A stretch of DNA of 64,000 nucleotides from Phoronis australis (taxonomy: Eukaryota > Animalia > Phoronida): NCBI GenBank assembly GCA_002633005.1, contig NMRA01000352.1, forward strand, positions 224,905-288,904, in the 5' to 3' direction. This document shows, piece after piece, positions 25,701 to 35,500 of this stretch. Below the pieces are notes generated by a model that did not search any database, was not told the origin of the DNA, and worked only from the letters and a program-made list of their open reading frames with translations. The position numbers were made by a program, and so were the translations under genes. The stretch's first letter is position 1. Every line of letters starts with the position of its first letter.

Positions 25701-26300
25701 AAGACCCCCTGCAAGTGCCCCGACACCTGTTCGTGCATATCGCAATGCAAGTGCGCAGGTGAGTTGCTGATAAAAATTTTAGTCTCACCCACAGACGCAT
25801 TACTTAACGGTTGCAGTCTGGTACAAGAACAAAAGGCTTAAAAATCCTTGTGTGTGTCGTTTAGGCAAAGTGAATTTGGTTCAATACTCTGAAATTCTCA
25901 GTTTTCGGATTTAATTAATTTGTTAAGATAACAAACGTCGGGTTCGCGACTGACCCTGGTGAAAGTGTGTATAACTAATGAACATCAAACTAAGTCGCCA
26001 CTATTTTCATTCTTCAGGTAAAATTTAAAATGGCGTTATATGCGTGCTTCCTGTCACAAATTCTGATGTTGGGAATTTGCCGTCATAAAAGTGGTCCTAT
26101 CTTGTCATTTACTTGGCTTAAAAGTAATCTCTCAACAGTTAATACTTCAGGTCTAGCTCATAGAATTTCATGTCTTGTATTTAGGGTTTTGATGAAATTA
26201 TTTTTAAAATTTTGTAGCAGGCGACGAGTGCAAGTGTGGAGTAGGTTGCAAGAAGGACACTGCTTGCCCGTGCAAGGATGACTGCAGCTGCCGCACTTAG
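19726..26300 (+). CDS. Long multi-domain metallothionein (MT-L), 11 exons, ~323 aa, 98 Cys (~30%)
   Basis: Exons 19726-19738, 20010-20108, 21035-21127, 21853-21945, 22349-22459, 22953-23045, 23645-23737, 24250-24342, 24967-25077, 25666-25758, 26221-26300. All introns are GT-AG and phase 1; the ORF is uninterrupted (972 nt). CxC-rich, Lys/Gly/Ser/Pro-rich and almost aromatic-free; short MADS first exon; MRE/TATA promoter; AATAAA at 26836 and 26906. Confidence 0.88.
20010..20108 (+). CDS. MT-L exon 2
   Basis: SKTCTCEAMCKKDVPACTPPAKCEGPCKSCKCA (8 Cys). Confidence 0.87.
21035..21127 (+). CDS. MT-L exon 3
   Basis: GGDCQCGCGCDSKTACKCPVTCSCIVRCGCR (10 Cys). Confidence 0.9.
21853..21945 (+). CDS. 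MT-L exon 4
   Basis: GGACECGCGCSCCVPCCCQITCSCKSNCKCA (13 Cys). Confidence 0.88.
22349..22459 (+). CDS. MT-L exon 5 (long module)
   Basis: GGSCQCSCGCDYKTPCKCANACSCKPAPCCEPKCKCA (12 Cys). Confidence 0.9.
22953..23045 (+). CDS. MT-L exon 6
   Basis: GGSCQCGVGCDSKTPCKCPDTCSCISVCKCA (9 Cys). Confidence 0.9.
23645..23737 (+). CDS. MT-L exon 7
   Basis: GGTCQCGVGCDSKTPCKCPDTCSCISKCKCA (9 Cys). Confidence 0.9.
24250..24342 (+). CDS. MT-L exon 8
   Basis: GGSCQCGVGCDSKTPCKCPYTCSCLSKCKCA (9 Cys). Confidence 0.9.
24967..25077 (+). CDS. MT-L exon 9 (long module)
   Basis: DGNCQCGVGCDSKTPCKCPDTCSCKPASCCEPKCKCA (11 Cys). Confidence 0.9.
25666..25758 (+). CDS. MT-L exon 10
   Basis: GGSCQCGCGCDSKTPCKCPDTCSCISQCKCA (10 Cys). 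Confidence 0.9.
26221..26300 (+). CDS. MT-L exon 11 (terminal)
   Basis: GDECKCGVGCKKDTACPCKDDCSCRT* (7 Cys); tandem TAGCAG acceptor (alternative start 26218). Confidence 0.88.
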
Positions 26301-27919
26301 AGCGCCGCCTTTTGATGGAGCTGGGGAACCTCGGGGTCATGGTTTCCTTTCTCGATTCGGAATTTATCTGCTCTGTCCTCGTTATATTCCATCGGTTTAA
26401 TTCCAGAATACATAGTCTTCTTATCTATTGAATACTGTTTATGTTGTATAATCATCCCCTATCTGCTTTTATATACTTGCCTGGTTCCCTTTACTAAACT
26501 TGTCAGTTCTCTTTGAAAAACAGTAAGGTATATGTTATTCATAGACAATGGTCAAGGTGGCCATGAGAGGTTAATTGTTGAATAGACGTGGCCATATAGA
26601 AGCAAAGTTCAGTGTCTGTGTAACTTAAAGTTTTAAACCTCTTCCTCTAAAGCTTGTTAAACATGTGTTATGTTAATGACCTAACGAAATGTTTTGTAAT
26701 TAGGAGTGTCGTCTGCTGAGCTTTCTAGATTACACTGGGAAAAATCTGTTTCAGACGACTTCAAGTGTAAACCTATTTAGCTCAGCACACAAAGACATTT
26801 ACTACTCTGTATAAATACAAGTACTGTATACACACAATAAAATTATCACAATCGACAAGAATAGTTCCTTACTTGTGTTATTAAACGCTCAATTATGTTC
26901 TCATCAATAAAAGTATACTTGGTCCAGTGCATGCATTGAGAACGTCATGCGAAAAATTAAATAGAATTTAATCTATGGTTATTCTATCCAAAAGTAACCA
27001 CTGAAAATAACGTCAATTTTTTGAAATTCAAAATTTACAAAATGTACTTACAAAAAACCTTTTCGTAAACACAATGACGTCATTTCAAACGCTTCACGCA
27101 TTGTCTCTTGACGTACATTTAGAAGTGTATGGCACCCTCAAGTTGCCTTGAACTTTCGCCTCCTCTGGAACACCTCTGGTATTTTAGTTGCCTAAAATTT
27201 CGTTTAGAGGTGAACGTTATTCTTACCTCAGTCACACGGCAAATCATGTGACTTTCAAACTGTAGAATAACTGACAGTCACGTTTGAGGGCAAAGTTAAG
27301 GCTCGAGACTACCCGATGTTAAATCAAAATGCGCCCTCCTTTGTCAATGACTAGTGTGAAAACGGTACAAGCTGCCGCAAGTTCATACAAGCAAACGTTC
27401 ACAATGAATTCAAGAAAATTCGGAAAGAAAAGACTTGTGTAAAAACACAAAATTTACAATAATATTTGGTATTCACATCCTGATGCACCGTATGTTGGTG
27501 ACTACTCATGGCAGTCTGGAACTCTACAGAAACAATCCATTCAGTTGCGCTGAGCAAGCCAAGACAAGGTAACAGTCACCTTGCATCGACGGAACGGAAA
27601 CTAATATTCTACGTTTTGAAGTCCATTTTCAAAAGTTCAACCCTCACGTTCCCATTTTGTCAAGACGTTCTGACTGGCTGAGAAGTTCTGAGAGCGAGTT
27701 TGTTGTGACAGTAACTTAAAGTGGCACACATGATTGGCAAATCTCCTTAGACCAATGCGACAACTCATATGCAACGCGTTTCATAAATAGACAACCTTTA
27801 AGCTTCGCGCCAACTAAAGACAAACAGTGTTAACTTCAATTGCTCGATGGGGTCAGTGGCGGCTACTGCAGCAGTCGCTACAATCTGTCAATATTCGTTT
27901 TCTAATTACCCAAACACCC

Positions 27920-28160
27920 GTGAGGAGTCAGTGTGACCTAGTGTGATAGGTGCCCGCTTTCTGTCACGAGATAGGGTTCGAGTCGCATTGGGCCCTCACT
28001 TCTATGGACCCTTGAGTAAGGCCTCTAGCTTCTTAGCTCGGTTTTAACTATATAATAAAGCCCAATATGGTTCGAGGTGATCAGTGCAATGGGCCCACGT
28101 GCGCAGCCTGTGTACGTCTGGTACAACGGTACGGTACCGCCTGTAATTTTTATATATTTA
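27920..28160 (+). mobile_element. tRNA-derived SINE
   Basis: A-box-like TGACCTAGTG, B-box GGTTCGAGTC, CORE-like GACCCTTGAGTAAGGCCTCT, AT-rich tail; 13-bp TSD TACCCAAACACCC (27907-27919 / 28161-28173). Confidence 0.8.
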
Positions 28161-28469
28161 TACCCAAACACCCAGTATTAGCCTAAAAGTGGCACGTGTT
28201 TGGATAACGTTTTCTTACTCAAACCTCACTTCTTCACTACCATAAACTGTCTTGAAATTGGTTGCTATGGAAATGGAGATAATCGCATCTATTTATGAAT
28301 GCAAACAAAATGAACTTAGTTTAACTTAACACCACAAATAACTCCGGAAATCTTTAACAAACTTGACAACGTGGCGAAAGGTACTGAAAAGCAGCGAAAA
28401 TAACTAAAATGTACTTTGTTAAGCCAAATCAACATTACTTTCTTCTGCTATATTTTACTAATTCCTTAA

Positions 28470-29760
28470 AGGAGCATGCCACCCAAAAATCACCTATTTT
28501 GTATCAATTTAGATCGAGTAGTTCTACTCCATAACGACACGTACGGTTGCGTTACCTGACACCTGACGGCAGACGGAGGTGTTGAAACTATCTAATGACG
28601 TAATTGGTTTCACACGCAGTCTGTTCAGTAGTTCACAACACGGGTTACTGGTGTCAGCTTATCGCTTGAATTCATCGTTTAACACAAATAAATCATCAAA
28701 CTTCGATGTAAAACCCTTAAAAATACACCGAGTTCTTATAAAAACGTGTTGTCTGATTTCGCTGTTATGGATTTATTGTTATTTGGACACACCGTAGCCA
28801 ACAAAGTTCGGCAGGCCAATAAAGTCCGTAGCAGGAGTTTGGGGTCTTTTCGGAGATAAACTTTCGAAGTATTTTCCGTGAGATACAGACAGGAGAACCT
28901 AGATCTGTGTTGTTTAGACTTGTGATCTTTTGAGTTCTAAACACAAAACGCTTGTTATAGTGGCCAGTGGCTCAGAGCCCCGGCAATCAGGCCCGTTTCG
29001 AAGCCGGCCGGATTGACTCGTTATCCCGGCCTGAGTGGCTTGGAAACTGATCAGACATCACGAACATAAACCAGCCAAAGTTCAGTGGAAACTAAACTTC
29101 CAGTCAAGAAAATACTATACTAGTGAGCCAAAGTGCACGTGATTATGTTGGTGAATTAGCCAGGAAACTGCAAATCTACTTACTCGTCGGGGGCCGCGAA
29201 TTCAAGTTCCGCTTTGGCCACAGCACCGTCAGGGCAGAAGCTCTACATTGACAATCATTATTTGAATAATGTAAATGTAAATAAAGATTCCCCTGATACC
29301 TTGTCGTGGGATGGCAATCGAGTTGTTTCACAAAAGTTTCTGCCAGTGAACACTAAATTAGCATGAGTTCACACGGACTCGGTGTCTCGTCAATTAGTTT
29401 TATTGCACCTAAAGCCGGTAACGCAGTGATTTATTCATTGCTGGCCCCTCAAATCATTTGCACTCACGAACACTCCAAAGGCATTACAAATTGCATCTAA
29501 TGAGACAGACTTTGTTTTAGTTTTATATAAGTATTGGTTAGGGTGAGAATAATTCATTTTGAAACAGAACGCTCATGTAATAAACGTCAACATGGCAACT
29601 CGCAATCCCGACTTAGGCAAGCTAGAGTTTATCAGTCCCGACGAAGACTTCACAGGTGGATCGTTAAGTTTCACAGGCTATCAATTCGAACAGGAATACG
29701 GTGATGAAGAAATGCTAGAGAGGCCCCGTGAACAAGCTCCGGCAGACAACGGAACTTGCA
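28470..29760 (+). mobile_element. Truncated Kolobok-like element (left part), same family as 51597-53220
   Basis: TTAA followed by AGGAGCATGCCACC; collinear similarity with 51597-52820; acidic ORF remnant SPDEDF...TGYQFEQEY. Right TIR not found. Confidence 0.7.
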
Positions 29761-32189
29761 GGTGAACAGAAATGTCAGTGTCTCGGGGATACTCTTGAGA
29801 TCGCGAAGGGTCTTGAAGACTTCGAGAAGTCGTTGAGCAACTATGTAGTAACGCTTTTCGAGCGTCAGCAGAGAACGTTTTCTACGACAAGAAAAGTAAA
29901 AATGTCACGATCATCTATGGGACAGGACATATTCAGGAACTTGAGCATTCTGAACAGACACAAAGAACAACTGCCTAAAATAAACCTCGTAGATATATTT
30001 GTAACGCAAACAACTTTGGAAAATATTAGCTCTGTCAATCAAAACATACAATCAACGTATGCCAAATATATCGTTCACCTCCTTGTTCGTTGTAGAGTCG
30101 GATAACTAGGACAATCACGTACAATAATTGCAAGCATCGTAAACGACTAAAGAAAAAACAACTTTGAAATTTTTTTCTTCTGTCAACTACTCAGTCCTGT
30201 CATATAAAACAAACGTGTGTCTTCTTTTCGATGTTATCTTTTAAGAAATTAAAATTTCTTGCTGTAAATAAAAAATACACCTGACAACTGGACCGGGAGG
30301 GGGTACCCGAGCATTTTTGGACGGCTGTGCCGCTCTAAAATTAACAGACCAGCCCATTTTCGCACAGTTTTGCGTTAAAATTAAAAAAAAAAACTCACTA
30401 GAGAGAATTCTGTCAAAAATGATACCTTTCAGGCAGCACGTCCCTTATACCTCTTTTATGTGAGTACGCCCCCCACGGTAACTGGACCATCTCACTGGCA
30501 GAGGCTTACAGCACCGGATATTAGCTCCCCACTTATTTCAGTGCTGCGCCGCCAATGCATGGTTTATGTCCGTAAAAACCTCCGCACTCTATACAGGGTC
30601 GGCTATCACGTAATATAATTTTTTTAAAGTTTGTGACTGAATCCTATTTTTACCCCTTTGAATGATTTTGAGTTGCTAAGAATTGAAGCTACACAAGACA
30701 TTACGAATTTTTACAGTTTTGACTTTTTCAATAAACACTTCTATATCTTATCAACAAAATAAACTTTGATAAAGGTAGGCTTTTCTTACGACCATGGCTA
30801 AAATATATTTATCATAAGTGCCACGTGAGCTAGTGATCCATATTTCCCAGAACGGCAACAGGTTGCGGAAATTGAACTTGTTTTGTCGGACTACGACGAT
30901 GGATCGAAAATATCAGTAACTAACCGTTTTGATTTGTAAACTTAGCTATTCAGTAGAAACCTGAAAGATTCACTGTTCGTTTTCACGTAGGCCTACAGCT
31001 TCTAATCAAGGTAGGGCATTCCATATCTAACCGATAGGCCTAAATAGAAAACTTAGCAAGTTCACTGCTCGTTTTCGCGCCCAATTTCACCGGTAGATAC
31101 AACCCTACGCTGTATCTGCAGTCAAATCAGCACGCGTTCAGCATGCGCTCAACGGAGTTCAAAGTGAGGTCATGACCATTTGGTTGATAACGTTTCAAAA
31201 TTTTCCGGGGACCCAGAATAAATTCAACCCCGGCGGCTGTTATTGTTTCCATACCTACATTAAGCCGGTGAAGGCACGCCACACGTCTTAGTATTTAAAG
31301 GACCGGGTTCTCCGCAGCCGGCCACAAAGTGCGAGGAGTACAAATAAAAGGCATGACTTAATTAGTTAGGTTTCACGAAATTCCCGGCTTCATAGGTGCG
31401 GCCGGACCGGGGGGTTGGCCAATGAGATTAAAAAGTGGGAATTTCAGAGGCGAATCTACAGGGGGGGTTCAGGGGGTTTAAACCCCCCCTCGGGACAGGA
31501 TCAAAAATGAAAACTGGAAAAAATATCGCCAAAAACGAAATTAGCTACTAAAAATCCCAAAAAATCTTACACGGGAGGAGGGAAACCCTCTCGCAACCTT
31601 CCTTCTCCTCGGCGCTACGCGCCTCGGATTCTTTCGAATCCTAACCCCCCCCCTTACTGAAATCGTAGATCTGCCACTGGATTTTCCCTGGACGATGACG
31701 CCAAACTGACTGAGTCGCAAATCAAATCCTCTACGCAGTGGTAAATTCTGTGATCTGCTGGACCAAATCAGGCGAATTTGGCCGATACCTAATAATGCAC
31801 AGATTTTGACAACAGTTTCACACCTGTTGACAGACTCCACCCGACGATCAAGTGATAGTAGGCTGACATTGACACTGATGTCTAACGCGCCGTGCGACTA
31901 GAAATCGCGATTTTCAGGGTCGTGCATGGCCTTTCAATTTCAGCTTCAACTCATGATTCAGAGACAGCAAACGACACGGCACCTGAACACGTGAAATTTC
32001 AGTTGACGTATATGTTTATAGGCCTACTATGTAAGGATATAATCGGAAACCAGCCAAATAACCAGTCACCTGAAAAACAATCATTACTGCCTGCACAGCA
32101 GAAATCATGCATGCGTAGAATATTTGCATGGACTGTGTGTCAAGCCACTCCCAACCAATCAAAACTCATAAAAGATTGGTTAAATGACC

Positions 32190-32490
32190 CATGTTGCACT
32201 CGGCACTCTTCGTTCATACGTGAGTGCCGCGTCTGCATGTGGTATTTGCACCGTGGTGACACAAAATTACCTGCCGGTACCTCATGACATAGTGCGACCG
32301 GCTTTTGCACACGGCACCCTATATGTACCTCTGCAGTGGAGTTATCTCCCTTTTCGCTAAAGTGGCGAACACCATTGGAATGCTCGATATTTTCAGCATC
32401 TCAATGGAGACATGTTGGGTTATCACTGAATGGCAACTGAAGAATGGAAGCCTCCATTGAACGGCGCGTAGCAAGGTCTATATAAGGGCG
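32190..32490 (+). promoter_or_regulatory. MT-S promoter: two intact MREs, one mutated MRE, TATA displaced by an insertion
   Basis: TGCACTC at 32195-32201; TGCGACC (mutated) at ~32293; TGCACAC at 32306-32312; TATATAA at 32479-32485; ~145-bp insert at ~32331-32476. Confidence 0.7.
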
Positions 32491-32581
32491 TTTCCAGTAA
32501 TTGCCATTCACTGACAAAAGCAGCTGCAAACGCCAGCAGACGAAGTGGAAAGTACAGTGTGACGACGTTCTGTTATCGACA

Positions 32582-35500
32582 ATGGCAGATTCAGGTGAGT
32601 GGGACCACCGCGTACGCACTTACATTTATATTTTCTTATTCAATTCAATATAACTGTCTAATTGTTTATTTAAATCTAACCAGATTTTTATTCATTGATG
32701 ATGTTTACCGTCGCTATCGACAAATATTCGGGTACAAAAGTGTCAAGTAAAATTTCTTGCGAGATAAGGAGCTCTTAGTAATCTCAATATTGAACACGGT
32801 TCACCTCAAAGAAGTGATACGCTCCCTTGATCACCTTGGGTTCAATCTTAACTTTTTCTTCAGCTAAAACGTGTATGATCGAAGCAGTGTGCAAGAAGGA
32901 CGTCCCTGCGTGTACTTCTCCTGCCAAATGCGGTCCGTGGGAGTCTTGCAAATGTGCAGGTAAAATGATACAATGCTCATTGTGAATAAACACAGGCATG
33001 CAATAAATTTAAACAGTTTGTTTACCGTCACATCATGTCGCGCCGCATCTGTCTTTGATTTTCTTGTAAGAAGGTGGGCAGAAACCAGCCTTAACTTTTA
33101 ACTTCGAGGATCGCGGTCGTTTGAGCTGCAACAGGTGACTCCAGAACAAGGGATTCCGGCCTGTTTCGGCCAACACAAGGGACTTTTTTCTTTTTGAAAA
33201 ACATCATGCCGAATCAATTTTCAAAAAGGCAATCCAGAACTGATTATGCGATTTTTGTTAGCCTTAAATCGTCAAGCCCAACACCAGAACTTATTGCTAT
33301 GATGTACTACCAACACGACATAACAGATTTTTTTTCAAAATAAAAACTAAATGTTCAAATTTTAAGTTTAAATTTACAATTTCTAGTGCTGACTGGCATA
33401 AATGGCTGCCTGGCATATTTGATTAACACCGAACTGCGATTAGAAACACAACCCCGATCATTACGGGACATTGTAAATTGAATTTAGACACAACAACATG
33501 TGTAGATATACTACTTTACAGCAATCAATTTGCCCTCAGTACAGTTATCTCCCTTTTCACCAGTGCTGAACACCATGGGATACTTGCCTCCCGTTCAGTA
33601 ACGCTAGGACCTCGCTAAAAAGCAAGACTTCGCGAGATTATGTGAGATATTGCCGTGTATTTTAAATGAGAACATGTGACTTTGACTAGGTTTTAGCTAG
33701 GTCCTAGCGTAGGTCCCAGTGTCTCAGTACTGAACGCACGCCAGGCGCTGTTCAGTAACGCTAGGACCTAGCTAAAATCTTGTCAAAGTCACGAGTTCTC
33801 ATTCAAAATACACGGCAATGTCTCATGTAATCTCTAGTCTTGCTTTTTAGCGAGGTCCTAGCGTTATTGAACAGAAGGCTGATGCTCACTGGAAACAACA
33901 GCTGGGTAATCACTGAATGGCAGGCTAAGAATGACAGCCAGCCTCCTTTCAGTTGAATGGCGCGTATCGTAGGAAGGTATGTACGAAGGTATCTAGTTTA
34001 ACCATTATTACTGTGGTCTCCTTGTTCGTTGGTAACTACAAGCCAGGATAAGAATGACGGGCTTATGTTTCAACGGTTCCTTTCACCAGGTGGCAGCTGT
34101 CAGTGTGGTTGCGGATGTGACTCCAAGACCGCCTGCAAGTGCCCCGTCGCGTGTTCATGCATCGTAAGATGCGGTTGCAGAGGTGAGTGGTTTCTATCAT
34201 CATTTTTATTGTACAGTTATCGCTGCATTGCTCTGAAAATCTTAAGTAACATCGGGAGATTTCAAAAACATGTGTTCGAAAAAATTCCTATACTGGGGAC
34301 TACGACGCATTTTCGTAACGCCAAGAATGAAATCCATAGTTTTCGCAGTATTTTTATGCGTCCACATATAAATATGACGTTCGTTCGTCCTTCCGTCCGT
34401 CCGGGCGGCGTCCGTCCGGCGTCCGGCGTCCGGCGTCCGCTGCTCTGTCTCCAAAACCCTTTGACATACGTTCATGAAATTTGGCACATATGTTCCATTC
34501 TTGAATGGGACGGCATATGAGCGAACTTTTGGACGGATCCGACTACCGATGTGCCCCCCAGTGGCAATTTTAGTTTTTTACGCTTACCTAGTATCTTCAA
34601 AAGTCCTGAACGGATTTTCATGAAATTTAGTAGGTGTTAGTGAGATGACGCTATCCTCCCGTTTTCGGATAGATTCGACGTAGTTTGCGCCACCTAGTGG
34701 CCATTTTTACTGTTTTCGAGTCTGTTTTTGCGTCCACCCTCTATCAACCAAACCGTTCAAAGGATGATTGTGAAAATTGGCATGTATGTGCTTACTATAA
34801 AGAGGACGGCTGACGATGATTTTCCGACGATTTCGACTACTGTGGCGCCTCCTAGTGACAGTTTTGTTTTTTTGCGCCTATGGGTGTATCTCCTAAACCG
34901 TTCGCAGGATCTTGACGAAATTTCGTAAGTATATTTATGTTAATAACGGACGACGACAACTTTTGGACAGGTCCGACTACAGGTGTGCCCCCTAGTGGCA
35001 ATTTTATTTTTTAAGTTTACCTTTGTGTCTTTAAAAGTCCTGAACGGATTTTCATGACATTTAATATGTAGGCACCTATTAGTGAGGTGACGCTATCCTC
35101 CTGTTTTCGAATGGATTCGATGTAGTTTGCGCCACCAAGTGACCATTTTTAATGTTTTCCCCTCTATCAACCAAACCGTTCAAAGGATGATTGTGAAAAT
35201 TGTCATGTATGTGCTTACTTTTATGAGGACGGTTGACTTGATTTTCCGACGATTTCAACTACTGCGTTGCCTCCTAGTGGCAGTTTTGTTTTTGTTGTGC
35301 CTATGGCTGTATCTCCTAAACCGTTCGCAGGATCTTTACTTAATTTAAATAGCAAATGTATTTATATGATGTTGACTACGGATGACGACGACTTTCGGAT
35401 AGATCTGACTACTGCTGTGCCCCCTAGTGGCAATTTTAGTTTTTTACGTTTAACTCTGCATCTTCAAAGGTCCTCAACAGATTTTCATAAAATTTTAAAT

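Larger units (their letters stand above)
22300..25800 (+). repeat. Tandem array of ~600-720-bp exon+intron units within MT-L
   Basis: Intron starts (GTGAGTTAATATTATGGTCTCCTATGAGA...) and internal blocks (GGTGGATTTGCCTTCGAAAATGTGCGCAA; GGTGTGTGTAGGCCAAGGCAATGTC) recur in successive introns. Confidence 0.9.
27244..30690 (-). pseudogene. Decayed duplicate of the 3' exons of the minus-strand membrane-protein gene
   Basis: Homologues of exons 40114-40243 (MITE inserted at ~30497-30556), 39273-39385 (frameshift; donor GT to TT), 39163-39207, 38605-38710 and 38230-38447 (acceptor AG to AC; frameshift). Confidence 0.7.

Noticed and set aside
22349-25758. Regularly spaced near-identical repeats resembling a CRISPR array or satellite
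   Set aside because: The repeats are 93-111-nt spliceable Cys-coding exons and the spacers are homologous introns. The context is eukaryotic with no cas genes.
27922-27995. Possible tRNA genes (also ~59662 and ~60562)
   Set aside because: No convincing cloverleaf; each continues into a shared SINE body, and two have clear TSDs.
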